NCBI GenBank assembly: GCA_963662285.2
Contig: CAXXMV010000003.1
Coordinates: forward strand, 288,001-352,000
Direction of reading: 5' to 3'
DNA: 64,000 bases
Source: a bacterium
Lineage (GTDB): Bacteria; Hinthialibacterota; Hinthialibacteria; Hinthialibacterales; Hinthialibacteraceae
A program made the translations under genes and the position numbers. Shown here piece by piece: positions 9,487-19,799 of the stretch (its first letter is position 1; the number at the start of each line of letters is the position of its first letter). Under the pieces are notes generated by a model. That model was not told the DNA's origin. It did no database searches and was given only the letters and a program-made list of their open reading frames with translations.

Positions 9487-11112
9487 ATGAAAGTTAACTG
9501 GAATATCGAAAAACACGCGTTATGTTTGCTAAAGTCATCTTTTTTGCTGTGCGCTTTACTGTTAATAATCCAAAGCGTCACGGCGGGGGGGGCGTTTGAT
9601 AATTTCCTCAAAGCGGAACGAAATGGCTGGCAGGCTCAAAAAGCCTTTCAAAAATGCATGAATTTTACTTATGGTTGGCTGGGACATCGCGACCCGCGCT
9701 CAGGCTTGATTCCAAGAAATCTTAACAGGGATAATTTTTGGAACGCGCAGGATTCCGCCGCCGATAACTATCCCTTCATGGTGCTCACTGCATCTTTATT
9801 GAACCGGGAGTTGTTCAAGGGAACCATGCTTGACATGCTGGAGAGCGAAATCATCCGAACTAATCGTCTGGATAACCTGCCTGACGATTTCGATTTCGCC
9901 ACTCAAAAATTCCGTCTTGCCGAAATTGATATGAATCACTTAATCTTCGGCGGTTCTGAATATGTAAAAGATGGATTGATACCATTAACCGAATGGATGG
10001 GGCCAAGCCCCTGGTCGAGCCGTATGATCGGCATCCAGGATTCCATCTGGAAACATGCCGCCATCAATACGCCTTATGGTAAGATTCCCTCGATTAATCA
10101 TGAAATTAATGGAGAACAATTGCAGGTCTTATGCCGTTTATACTGGATGACTGGCGATGAACGTTATAAAGAATGGGCTTTCCGCTTAGCGGATTACTAT
10201 CTGTTGGAACATCTACCAACCGATAATGATAACCTGAGCCTTGACGATCATGGCTGTGAAATCATCGGCGGCTTGGCAGGTGGATATTTCCTGGCGGCTC
10301 ATACTGACGCTGAGCGACGCGAAAAATACCGCGCCCCGATTCACCGCCTGCTGGATCGCATATTGGAAATAGCTATCAATGAAGACGGCCTGTTCCACAT
10401 GGTGGTTAATCCCCAAACTGGCGAAGTAAAAAAAGAGGAATTGACCGACAATTGGGGATATGACTATAACGCCGTCCTTAATGTCGCGCAATTGGATGAT
10501 GTAGACCATTATTACGAAGCCATGCGCCATGTATTGGATAATATTAATAAATACGTCTATTACCCCTGGGAAAACGGTGGTTCCGATGGATACGCCGACT
10601 CCATAGAAGGCGGATTGAATCTGCTCAACCGTATTCCCAATCCCAAAGGTTTCCAGTGGGTGGATGACAGTATGGAAATCCTACTGGCCAAACAGCGTGA
10701 AGATGGAGTTATTGAAGGCTGGCATGGCGATGGCAACTTCGCCCGAACCGCTCTGATGTACGCCCTATGGAAAACCCAAGGCGTTCATCTGGTTGATTGG
10801 AGAGCCGATTTGGCCTTTGGCGCTGTTGTGGATCAAGGTTCGCTATATCTATCGATCCAAGGCGATTGGAAATGGTCCGGTCTAGTGAAATTTGATATCG
10901 CCCGGCACAAGGTCTATTTTAAGTTGCCATCCGATTATCCAAGAATTAACCAATTCCCTGAATGGTTTACAGTTGACGCAGGTAAATCTTATAAAGTATG
11001 CATCAATGGCGCGGAGGAAATAACCAAAACTGGCCAGGAACTGATAACAGGTTTGCAAATATCAACCAAAGCGGGCGTTCCCGTAAACATTAAAGTCTCG
11101 CCAGCTGAATAA
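9487..11112 (+). CDS. Secreted hypothetical protein, probable (alpha/alpha)6 glycoside-hydrolase-like fold
   Basis: AGGAG RBS before ATG 9487, signal-peptide-like hydrophobic stretch, RLYWMTGDERYKEWA helical hairpin motif; family not assigned. Confidence 0.6.
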   Translation: MKVNWNIEKHALCLLKSSFLLCALLLIIQSVTAGGAFDNFLKAERNGWQAQKAFQKCMNFTYGWLGHRDPRSGLIPRNLNRDNFWNAQDSAADNYPFMVLTASLLNRELFKGTMLDMLESEIIRTNRLDNLPDDFDFATQKFRLAEIDMNHLIFGGSEYVKDGLIPLTEWMGPSPWSSRMIGIQDSIWKHAAINTPYGKIPSINHEINGEQLQVLCRLYWMTGDERYKEWAFRLADYYLLEHLPTDNDNLSLDDHGCEIIGGLAGGYFLAAHTDAERREKYRAPIHRLLDRILEIAINEDGLFHMVVNPQTGEVKKEELTDNWGYDYNAVLNVAQLDDVDHYYEAMRHVLDNINKYVYYPWENGGSDGYADSIEGGLNLLNRIPNPKGFQWVDDSMEILLAKQREDGVIEGWHGDGNFARTALMYALWKTQGVHLVDWRADLAFGAVVDQGSLYLSIQGDWKWSGLVKFDIARHKVYFKLPSDYPRINQFPEWFTVDAGKSYKVCINGAEEITKTGQELITGLQISTKAGVPVNIKVSPAE

Positions 11113-11165
11113 GTCCGTGTTGATGAGTTATACAAAAAGTATTAGTTCTGAATAAATATTGAACG

Positions 11166-11205
11166 ATATGTACTTGAAAGGTTTGAAAATCTTTCAAGTA
11201 CATAT
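11166..11205 (+). terminator. Hairpin, probable intrinsic terminator
   Basis: ATATGTACTTGAAAG-loop-CTTTCAAGTACATAT perfect 15-bp stem after the stop at 11112. Confidence 0.6.
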
Positions 11206-11211
11206 TTGTTA

Positions 11212-11239
11212 TTGCGCTAATTTCAGTTTAACCTATAAT
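11212..11239 (+). promoter_or_regulatory. Putative sigma-70 promoter for the TPR-secretin operon
   Basis: TTGCGC-16 bp-TATAAT upstream of 11289; AT-rich context makes a chance match possible. Confidence 0.35.
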
Positions 11240-11288
11240 GTAATTGTTTCTATCTTAAATCTTTTTAATTAAATGGGATATAAACTGT

Positions 11289-12299
11289 ATGTTTATTAAG
11301 GCAATCACGATGGTAAAGTTGAATTATTCTTATAAAAGTTTTCTTATAGTAACTGGTGGATTGCTTTTCACCATTATACTGTCTGGTTGCGTGACTACCG
11401 GGGGTTCTATTCAAGCCAATTACTCAAACATCAGCCAGTTGGAAGAAGCCGATAACTTGTTTGATAATGAGAAATACCAGACCGCTTTGCTGAAATATTC
11501 CAGTTACGTATTTTCTCCATTCCCTAATAAAAAGCATGAGGATTACGCTTATTACAAACTCGCCTTGTGTCATTATCTGCTGGGGCAATATTATGACGCC
11601 CAAAAAACAGCAGAGATTCTAGTTCAAACTTATCCCAAATTTGAATATAGCGAGCAAGCCAATGATCTGCTGGCCAAGAGCGATAATAAGATCAATGAAC
11701 GTAAAATTGAGTTCTCCAAACAATGGAATGAGCTATTAAAGGAAATCGAAAAAACAACTCAACTTGCCGCGCAAAATCCTGATAGTGCTGAGCATCAGTT
11801 CAAATTGGGCGATCTTTATTGGGATGCGGGTAAGTACGGTGACGCAGTCCGGCAATATGAAAAAGCGGCTCAGCTGGACAAAGCCTATTTAGAAAAAAAA
11901 AACTTGCGTACCAGGGTTCGCATCGATCAATCTGGTGAATTCCTGATTCGCGATCCCATGTATCAACACATAGAAAAGCCAGCCCCTGTCAGGGTTACGC
12001 AGGTTCGGCGGGATCGCATCACCCGTGAAGACTGGTTGGGTGAGTATGAAGCGTTGAGACTGAGCGGTTATGTTGAGAATGATGGTCTCTATGATGTAAA
12101 TAATGTGCAGGTGGAAATAGCCATCTATGATTTTTTTGATACAATTCAGGAAACTAAACTGGTTAATATTGGCGCTCTGCAAGCTGGCGGACGAAGACCC
12201 TTTACCGTCATGTTCAACCAATACCGTGATATGGCTATCGATATAATGAAATATACTACTGAGATTTTTTTTGATGAATCTGCGGCGGCCCGGCGATGA
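11289..12299 (+). CDS. TPR-repeat lipoprotein with C-terminal FxLYD-like beta-sandwich (candidate pilotin)
   Basis: Lipobox LSGC, TPRs (AYYKLALCHYLLGQY; HQFKLGDLYWDAGKY), C-terminal LSGYVENDG...VQVEIAIYD...LQAGGRRPFTV. Confidence 0.75.
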   Translation: MFIKAITMVKLNYSYKSFLIVTGGLLFTIILSGCVTTGGSIQANYSNISQLEEADNLFDNEKYQTALLKYSSYVFSPFPNKKHEDYAYYKLALCHYLLGQYYDAQKTAEILVQTYPKFEYSEQANDLLAKSDNKINERKIEFSKQWNELLKEIEKTTQLAAQNPDSAEHQFKLGDLYWDAGKYGDAVRQYEKAAQLDKAYLEKKNLRTRVRIDQSGEFLIRDPMYQHIEKPAPVRVTQVRRDRITREDWLGEYEALRLSGYVENDGLYDVNNVQVEIAIYDFFDTIQETKLVNIGALQAGGRRPFTVMFNQYRDMAIDIMKYTTEIFFDESAAARR

Positions 12300-13468
12300 T
12301 TTTGATGGGTTATTTTATGAAACATATTAATGGAAGATATTTTCACGAGCATAATACTATGAGAAATCCCCTTATGTCATGCAAAAGATTTACTGCTTCG
12401 TTTTTGATAATCGGGATTCTACTTGTTTTTTCTTTCTCCTCTGATGCGCAAATAAAAATCGCACGAGATCCAAAGTTTGCCTTGCCAGCCAATGCAATGA
12501 CAGACTTGATTAAACATTATGAAGATAAACCTGATGGACCCTATCAGGTGATGGTTGAAATTATTATCTTCGAAGTCTTCATGCGTAATGAAGATAAAAT
12601 CGGATTTGTTTACAATATTCTGGGGGAAGTCGGCGAATTCCGCGGTAACAACCTTAATGGTCTTGCTTCCACCGAAAGTGATCTTAGCGTTTTAGGCAGC
12701 GGCGGTAGGGATTTATTATTGCCATCAGGTTTGAATATTGTATCCAATATATTTGAAAGTAACGATGAAGACCGGGTTGAAGCGGTTATCCAGGCTCTTG
12801 CAGAAGATCAGACGGTTCAAGTCTATTCTAATCCCAGGCTTTTAACCCTGGATGGCGTACCAGCCCGTTTGGAAACCGGTGAAGAGATCCCCTTTCTTGA
12901 ACGTAAAAATCTTGGTACCAGCGAAACCTTTTCAACTAATTTCAGAAAATCCGGCGTTACTATGCAGATTACGCCCTTTGTGAGATTCACTGAAACTGAC
13001 ATCCAAAGAAAAAAACCTTATATAATCGTGGACTTGGATGTCAGCCTTTCCAGCATTTCCCGTTATCGCGAAGAAGAAGGTTTTACTCAACCTATTGTTG
13101 ATGATAGGAACTTAACAAATCGTGTGACATTAAAGGCCGGACAACGAATTATTGTCGCCAGTCTTTACCGGGATACTCAAGAGAATACCATGCGCGGCAT
13201 TCCCATTTTGAAGGATCTTCCCGTTCTGGGTAGATTATTTAAGGGGACCACTAATATGAATCAGATTTCGCAGTTATTCATTATGGTGAAACCTGATCTT
13301 TTTGATTATTCCGGAGAACTATTACAAAAAACAGGCGTACTGAATCCTGAACAGGAATCCAAGGGATTTAGAAAGATTCTGGAAAAACGCACCCAGGCTC
13401 TTGATGGGCGTTCAGGACCTTTTGAAGAATTTAGATCACTATTTCTTGATCGTAATACTCCGCGATAA
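12296..13468 (+). CDS. Secretin family protein (type II/III secretion secretin domain, no N-domains)
   Basis: QVMVEIIIFEV, SNPRLLTLDGVPARLETGEEIPF, GVTMQITP, GIPILKDLPVLGRLF; true start probably 12359 or 12374. Confidence 0.85.
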   Translation: MILMGYFMKHINGRYFHEHNTMRNPLMSCKRFTASFLIIGILLVFSFSSDAQIKIARDPKFALPANAMTDLIKHYEDKPDGPYQVMVEIIIFEVFMRNEDKIGFVYNILGEVGEFRGNNLNGLASTESDLSVLGSGGRDLLLPSGLNIVSNIFESNDEDRVEAVIQALAEDQTVQVYSNPRLLTLDGVPARLETGEEIPFLERKNLGTSETFSTNFRKSGVTMQITPFVRFTETDIQRKKPYIIVDLDVSLSSISRYREEEGFTQPIVDDRNLTNRVTLKAGQRIIVASLYRDTQENTMRGIPILKDLPVLGRLFKGTTNMNQISQLFIMVKPDLFDYSGELLQKTGVLNPEQESKGFRKILEKRTQALDGRSGPFEEFRSLFLDRNTPR

Positions 13469-14609
13469 ATATAGGATATTCGAATTTAAAATCATGATTG
13501 TAAACCTGGTTAACCTCATAATAAATAATTCAGCTAGAAGAACTCTGGTTAGAAATTTCTATTTAAGCATATTTATATTATGCCTGTTTCCTCTGATCTC
13601 TTCAACTCAGGATATTAGTCCGGTAATTCAGATATCGGCTAATGTTTATGTATATCGATTGGATGGAGAGAAACAACTTGGTTTATTCTATCAATACAAC
13701 AGGACAAGCGGATCAGTTCAAAATAGTGATGTGTTTCTTCATGGAACTGAGAATGTTAATGAACAGGCCATCGGTGCGCTCGATATATCCGGCAGTTTCG
13801 CCACTCTCAAATATGGATCAATTGATTACAACTTAAAGACTGCAATTGAAGAAGGACACGCAACTTTAATAAATCATCAGAGAGCCATTGTCTCTGACGG
13901 GGAACATTTTTCATTCTCTGCTGGTGAAAAGGTTCCTTTAACCAAAGTTGTAATGAAGGGTAATAATATAACCCTAGATACTGAAGAGCGGCCTGTAGGC
14001 ATAAAACTAAATGGAACTCCCCGTATTTTTCGCGGTGATAATATAATCATGGATTTGGAAATTGAATCCAGTGAAATCACCCAAATTAATACTTTCGACC
14101 GTGGTGACGAAAAAAGATATACTCTTCCGGTTATTGCCAAACGAAATATAAAAACTGTGGTAATCGTTCCCTCGGATCGTCCGGTTTATATAGGTGGTTT
14201 ATATACGGATACTACTGGAGATTTAACCAGAAAAGTTCCAATTATTGGTGATCTGCCGATAATTGGCTTCTTCTTAAGAGGATTCAATAAAAGCCGGCGC
14301 CAGTCTGAAACTATTTTTAGAATTACTCCTGTTATTAAAAAGCCCGGTGAAGGTCTGGATATTGGATCATCTATTTTTGAAGAACTTTTGCAACCGGAAG
14401 GCGACTTATCATTAATTCAACAAACCGGCGTCCGTGAAAAAAGTACTGAAGCGAACAGTTCATCAATAATTACGCCTGCAACATCCACCCTTATGGTTCC
14501 TTCACCGCTGATTAAGATGGCTACTGAAGTTGTGAATCAAAAAAAGCCTGAGACAAATAAATCCACCGGGGCAAATAAGAAATCATCTAAAAGGTGGAGT
14601 AATAAATAA
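13401..14609 (+). CDS. Second secretin family protein (no N-domains)
   Basis: VIQISANVY, AGEKVP, GIKLNGTPRI, KVPIIGDLPIIGFFLRG, ETIFRITP; true start probably at or after 13494. Confidence 0.82.
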   Translation: MMGVQDLLKNLDHYFLIVILRDKYRIFEFKIMIVNLVNLIINNSARRTLVRNFYLSIFILCLFPLISSTQDISPVIQISANVYVYRLDGEKQLGLFYQYNRTSGSVQNSDVFLHGTENVNEQAIGALDISGSFATLKYGSIDYNLKTAIEEGHATLINHQRAIVSDGEHFSFSAGEKVPLTKVVMKGNNITLDTEERPVGIKLNGTPRIFRGDNIIMDLEIESSEITQINTFDRGDEKRYTLPVIAKRNIKTVVIVPSDRPVYIGGLYTDTTGDLTRKVPIIGDLPIIGFFLRGFNKSRRQSETIFRITPVIKKPGEGLDIGSSIFEELLQPEGDLSLIQQTGVREKSTEANSSSIITPATSTLMVPSPLIKMATEVVNQKKPETNKSTGANKKSSKRWSNK

Positions 14610-14623
14610 TTCCGGTTAACCAA

Positions 14624-14648
14624 GTAGGGGCGCTCCTTGTGGGCGCCC
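14624..14648 (+). repeat. GTAG-type REP hairpin
   Basis: GTAGGGGCGCTCCTTGTGGGCGCCC; related sequences at 45166-45208 and 47229-47393. Confidence 0.6.
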
Positions 14649-14674
14649 GAAATTTCCTACTCCCTCCATATAAA

Positions 14675-16987
14675 TCATTGCAATGCTGGTGGATCAACTT
14701 TTTCTCCCTTGATCTGCGCCAGTTGTTCATCTTCTGAATAAGTTCCATAAAACGATGCGTTGCCGTCCAGCCATAGATAAAGCCGCTTCATTTCATCATT
14801 ATTCAATTTGACCATATTTCTCTTAATATGATTACTGATAATCCCAGTGAGAGGGCTATTATCAGAAGGCATCTCTTCAGGCAGCGTAACTGTTTGACGA
14901 ATGCTGCTATCGCCCCACTCATACCATTTAACATAAGGTTTAAGAGTATGATACGATACTAAAAAGCCGTCTTTTTCTGCTCCGCAAAGATTGGGGCGCT
15001 TTTCATTCTTTCCTTTGCCGTCATGGCATCCAACGCAGTGCTGGTCGAGAATCGGTTGAACCAGACGCGAATAGTTCCAGGGTAGGGAACCATCAGGTCC
15101 CGGTTTTATCTGAGAAGGTTTTCGTTTAAATGCGATGGGCTGAGTATTCCTGGCAACCGTTCCCGGAGTTTCATGGCACCCGACGCAGCCCCGCTGTTCT
15201 CCCGGTTGAAGATAAATCAGGCTGCGCATCCCCTGAACCGCCTTGCCATTATCATCTATGGCTTGGAATAATATTGGCTTACTGGCGGGAACGCGGAAAA
15301 AGGCTGAACCATCTTTTTCGACCGGAACTGAACCAAGCAGCATTCGGGCTGATTCAGCATTAGCGTAACCCAGTCTCGGTTTGTTAGCTACATGAGTCTC
15401 GCTTTTTGGTAATATCTGAAAGATGTTTAAGGTTTTAATCTTTCGGGCGCCGGATTTTTCATAAAGACTGGTATTGATATCTGAAAGTAATAATTCCCCT
15501 TCATTTTCTAAATTTGAGTCCAAAGCTGAAGGTACAACCGGAGGAACGGTTCTCGGCGCCAGAGGTATGGGGTACATAGAGGAGATGCCTTCTTCTCTAT
15601 AAAGCAGTTCCATATTGCCGAAGCGGTCAAACAGGTATAGACCGGTAGTGGTATCTTCATCAACATGCGGACCCATTCCCGGCAGTGGATCGAAACTGAA
15701 GGAGACCAGATAATAATTCTCTGATAATGGCCAGGGGCTATGGAAATAACTGTTAGGCCATCCATTGGCTTCTGGAAAACAGACTTCAGGGGTCAGTAAT
15801 TCCAATGAGCTGAAATCATCTTCTCCAGTCTTTTTGTGAATCTTAATTTTTGTAGGATCAACCACCACCAACGAACCGCCTACATCTGCATGATGCGCTC
15901 CAGCCACAAAAACGATTTTGTTTGATCCTGGAATCGCTCTGGGCTGGTAACAGGCGTTTAGATTCTTGGTGTAATTTCCAAACAGTATTGATGGATTAGA
16001 ACCATCAGGATTGCTGATCCATAATCCATGGAAATTGGCTGCAGAGCGGTCTATGTAATCCCATCTTGTATAGACGATGCGTCCATCATGGAGCACGCTG
16101 GGGTGCCATTCATTGGTTTCATGGAAGGATAGCGTCTTGATATTTTGACCATCACTCTTCATGCGATGCAACGTATAGCAGGGCAGAGGTTCCCAGGGAT
16201 TATGGCATCTACCGAAGCCGCCGCGCCGCGTCGACATGAATGCAACATCCCCGCCGGGTAATTCGCACGGATCGAAATCATCGTATATTCCGTCAGTTAA
16301 TTGCTTGAGATTGCCGCCATTACAGTCCATGGAGTATATATGGAAACATTTTCGCTGGTCTGAATAATAATCCGGCTTTTGTTCCGCCCGTTCTGCGAAG
16401 GCGAAATAGATAGACTTGGCGTCATAGGATAGTGATAGAGTGGTGAAATTGCCTTTGGGCAAGCGATGCTTAGTCAGATCGCTGGTTTGCATGGAGTAAC
16501 CCGGATTATCCAGTTTATAAACTCCGCCGCCAGAGATGTCTCTGTAATCATAAAAATAACCCAGATATTCATGGAGCATTTGGCAGATAAAACGGCGGCG
16601 TTTGAGGAAAACAATTGGCGATGATTCAATTAGAGGATTCTGGAAGGATATATCACGGATTAACCATCGAATCTGCTTGTACAAAGCAAACCGTTCGGCT
16701 TCATCCATAGATTCAAGATTATTGATCTGTTTTTTATAGATTTTAAATAACTCAAACTCTATTTCCAGATTCAACTCGCTTGATTCCGATAAATCAACCA
16801 GGAGTTTTTCGCATCTTTCCAATGATTCATAAATAGCTATTAAATCCGACGAGGAGCGTCCTTTTCTTTCTTCCTGTAATTGCCAATCATATTCAATGGC
16901 TGATCTGAATTTATCAGAAATGGAATAACAAATCTGGCAAGTTACAAAACAGCAGCAAGCAGTGATGAGTAGACGTGAAAACCGCAT
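14675..16987 (-). CDS. HzsA-related secreted protein (TolB-like propeller plus hydrazine-synthase-alpha middle domain, two CxxCH heme motifs)
   Basis: Signal peptide, DDFDPCELPGGDVAFMSTRRGG, LGSVPVEKDGSAFFRVPA, two CVGCH motifs. Confidence 0.8.
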   Translation of the reverse strand: MRFSRLLITACCCFVTCQICYSISDKFRSAIEYDWQLQEERKGRSSSDLIAIYESLERCEKLLVDLSESSELNLEIEFELFKIYKKQINNLESMDEAERFALYKQIRWLIRDISFQNPLIESSPIVFLKRRRFICQMLHEYLGYFYDYRDISGGGVYKLDNPGYSMQTSDLTKHRLPKGNFTTLSLSYDAKSIYFAFAERAEQKPDYYSDQRKCFHIYSMDCNGGNLKQLTDGIYDDFDPCELPGGDVAFMSTRRGGFGRCHNPWEPLPCYTLHRMKSDGQNIKTLSFHETNEWHPSVLHDGRIVYTRWDYIDRSAANFHGLWISNPDGSNPSILFGNYTKNLNACYQPRAIPGSNKIVFVAGAHHADVGGSLVVVDPTKIKIHKKTGEDDFSSLELLTPEVCFPEANGWPNSYFHSPWPLSENYYLVSFSFDPLPGMGPHVDEDTTTGLYLFDRFGNMELLYREEGISSMYPIPLAPRTVPPVVPSALDSNLENEGELLLSDINTSLYEKSGARKIKTLNIFQILPKSETHVANKPRLGYANAESARMLLGSVPVEKDGSAFFRVPASKPILFQAIDDNGKAVQGMRSLIYLQPGEQRGCVGCHETPGTVARNTQPIAFKRKPSQIKPGPDGSLPWNYSRLVQPILDQHCVGCHDGKGKNEKRPNLCGAEKDGFLVSYHTLKPYVKWYEWGDSSIRQTVTLPEEMPSDNSPLTGIISNHIKRNMVKLNNDEMKRLYLWLDGNASFYGTYSEDEQLAQIKGEKVDPPALQ

Positions 16988-17144
16988 TTCTATCTCCTGA
17001 ATATAAAAGAATCATTGCATCTTTAGAGCAATTCTAACAAAAGAGTGTAAGATTATTTGTGCTTTTATATGTATTTTATTTATAGAATATAGGAAAGAAA
17101 TACTGGAGGATAGTGATAAATCAGGTCATATATCTCAAATTTAC

Positions 17145-17621
17145 TTATGAAATCGTTTCTTCTCGAATATCCTGGGTGAAATTTGATGTATGAGCAGTAG
17201 TACGTATTTTATAAACCGTATCGACAAAATCTTCTTTATCTTCTATAGAGCCTTCACTGCGGATGATCCGGATCATCTCCTGGCTGGCCATATCATCAAA
17301 AATTCTTGTTGAATCAAGGACTTGAAGCGCTTTTTTATATGGATACCTTTTGACCATATACTTTAGCGTTAATTCCTCTTTAGGATCCAATCCCAAAAAC
17401 TGTAATTGATCAATAAATTTTCTATAAATTTTTCTTCTTTGATATATATAAAAACTAAAAGAACAGATAAAGAGCAATAAAATTATGCCTCCAACAGCTG
17501 AAAAGATAGAAGTTGGTTCCAACCACTGAGAACTCATGTTTTCGATGATTGATGCTGTAGGTTGTCCTGAAACAATTAATGGCTCAAAATGACTTCCAAC
17601 TAAAGTTGAAAATATAGACAT
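17145..17621 (-). CDS. Hypothetical single-pass membrane protein
   Basis: 158-aa ORF with one TM helix followed by a basic QRRK stretch. Confidence 0.6.
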   Translation of the reverse strand: MSIFSTLVGSHFEPLIVSGQPTASIIENMSSQWLEPTSIFSAVGGIILLLFICSFSFYIYQRRKIYRKFIDQLQFLGLDPKEELTLKYMVKRYPYKKALQVLDSTRIFDDMASQEMIRIIRSEGSIEDKEDFVDTVYKIRTTAHTSNFTQDIREETIS

Positions 17622-17948
17622 GTATTTATACCTGGATGTATAAGTAAATACTTATCAGTTAGTTTTTAATAGGTTACGTGACATGCGCCCACAATAATAA
17701 AAAATATAGATTGACTATATTACTGTCGTCATCTTATGTAATTTACTTAAACTTTATTTAACTTCAATTTGCTAAATAAATAAACTAGAAAAAACGAAAA
17801 ACAGAAGATAATATCATATTTAAATCGGACAAATATGATATCCGCTTCAAATAACGCATGTTACAGAGTAAAAATTACATTATTAAGAGATTGTCAGTGA
17901 AAATCAGTTTATAAGGTAATTGTATTCTAACTGAAAAATGATAAAAAC

Positions 17949-19662
17949 TCATGCATTCTTTTGAATTTTTTTCCACGAATCGCGTAGAGTTGCGGTTCTG
18001 TTGAAAACCAGATTATCCTGAGTTGAATCCTGATCAACGCAGAAATAACCCAATCTTTCGAATTGACAACTGTATCCCGGTTCTACTGAAGCCAGTGATG
18101 GTTCGAGATAGCATTCAGTTAAGGTCTTCAATGAATCGGGATTAAGGTTATCTTTCCAATCAGCGCCCTCTGCAACAGCAAGAGGATTCTCGTTCGTAAA
18201 GAGATAATCGTATAGATTAACTGTGGCTTTGACGGCATGTTGAGCCGATACCCAGTGGATGGTTCCTTTAACCTTGCGGCCATCGGGAGCATCTCCTCCA
18301 CGGGTGGCGGGATCATAGGTGCAATGAATTTCCACAATCGCACCGTTATCATCTTTCACCACGTCCTGACAGGTCAAGAAGTAGGCGTAGCGGAAACGCA
18401 CTTCACGCCCGATGCCCAGACGGAAGAATTTACGCGGCGGATTCTCCATGAAGTCGTCGCGTTCAATATATAGTTCGCGTGAGAATGGAACTATGCGTGA
18501 ACCGGCTGTTGGGTCTTCGGGATTATTTATAGCGTCAAGTTCATCAACTTGATTTTCCGGGTAGTTTGTTATAACAACTTTAATTGGATCCAACACGGCC
18601 ATAACGCGGGGAGCGATCTTGTTGAGATGTTCGCGCAGGCAATGCTCCAGCTGTTGGATTTCAATAGTGCCATCGCTTTTACTGACTCCAACGCGCCGGC
18701 ATAATTCAAGGATGGCTTCCGGTGTATAGCCGCGACGGCGCATTCCACAGAGGGTTGGCAGTCTGGGATCATCCCAACCGCTGACGCAGCCTTGTTCGAC
18801 CAGTTCCCGCAGATAGCGTTTGCTGAGAACGGTATAAGTAAGATTCAAGCGTCCGAATTCATACTGTTTGGAAGGGAATATGCCCAGCTGTTCGATGAAC
18901 CAATCGTAAAGTGGTCTATGATTGGCGAAACCGATGTCACAGATGGAATGAGTCACCTTCTCGATAGAGTCGGATTGACCATGGGTCCAATCGTACATCG
19001 GATAAATGCACCATTTATCACCCGTGCGGTAATGATCGGTATGAATGATGCGGTACATCACCGGGTCGCGCATGTTGAGGTTGGGATGCGCCATATCTAT
19101 TTTAGCGCGCAGGGTTTTTGATCCATCGGGGAACTCACCATCACGCATACGCTGGAAAAGGTCGAGATTCTCTTCTACAGAACGGCTGCGGTAGGGGCTA
19201 TTTTTACCCGGAGGGGTTTCCCGTTTTGCCATCCTCTCCAAAACCGGCGGTGCCGCGATACTCACGAATCTCGTCTTCGTTGAGGTCGCAGACGTAGGCC
19301 GCGCCCTTTTTAATCAGTTCAACCGCCCAGTCGTAGAGTTGATCGAAATAATCTGATGCGTAATAAAGCCGGTCTTCCCAATCGAAGCCCAGCCACTTTA
19401 TATCTTTCTGGATGGCGTCGACGTATTCGGTCTTCTCTTTAGCCGGATTGGTGTCGTCGAAACGCAGGTTGTATTTTCCATTGAACGCTTCCGCAATTCC
19501 ATAGGTAATGCTTATCGCCTTGGCATGACCGATATGAAGATAACCGTTCGGCTCAGGAGGGAAGCGGGTATGCACGCGACCCTCATGCAGTCCGGCTTCA
19601 ACATCGGCTTGGACGATATCTCGGATAAAATTGGAAGGGGATTTAATTTCGTTATCTGACAT
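17949..19662 (-). CDS. glnS: Glutamine--tRNA ligase, split by a +1 frameshift near 19224-19227
   Basis: [14 protein letters not shown] (HIGH) in the 5' ORF; [29 protein letters not shown] in the 3' ORF; removing one A of GGCAAAACGG joins them. Confidence 0.93.
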
Positions 19663-19708
19663 TCAGTTGCTCCGTATGGTTGTTTTGATTTAATTAGGGT
19701 TACGTAAT

Positions 19709-19786
19709 TCAACCCTCTCCTAACCTCTCCCAATCTTGGGAGAGGAATGCTTGTCCGTAGGGTGGGTCGCGCTTTTTTGACCCACC
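19709..19786. repeat. Single hairpin repeat arm followed by a GTAG-type REP
   Basis: TCAACCCTCTCCTAACCTCTCCCAATCTTGGGAGAGGAATG (matches left arm of 2139-2283), then GTAGGGTGGGTCGCGCTTTTTTGACCCACC (matches 30039-30071). Confidence 0.8.
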
Positions 19787-19799
19787 GATTTTAACCACC

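Noticed and set aside
14675-16987. Anammox hydrazine synthase
   Set aside because: No hzsB, hzsC or hao neighbours; HzsA-like domains are common in non-anammox bacteria
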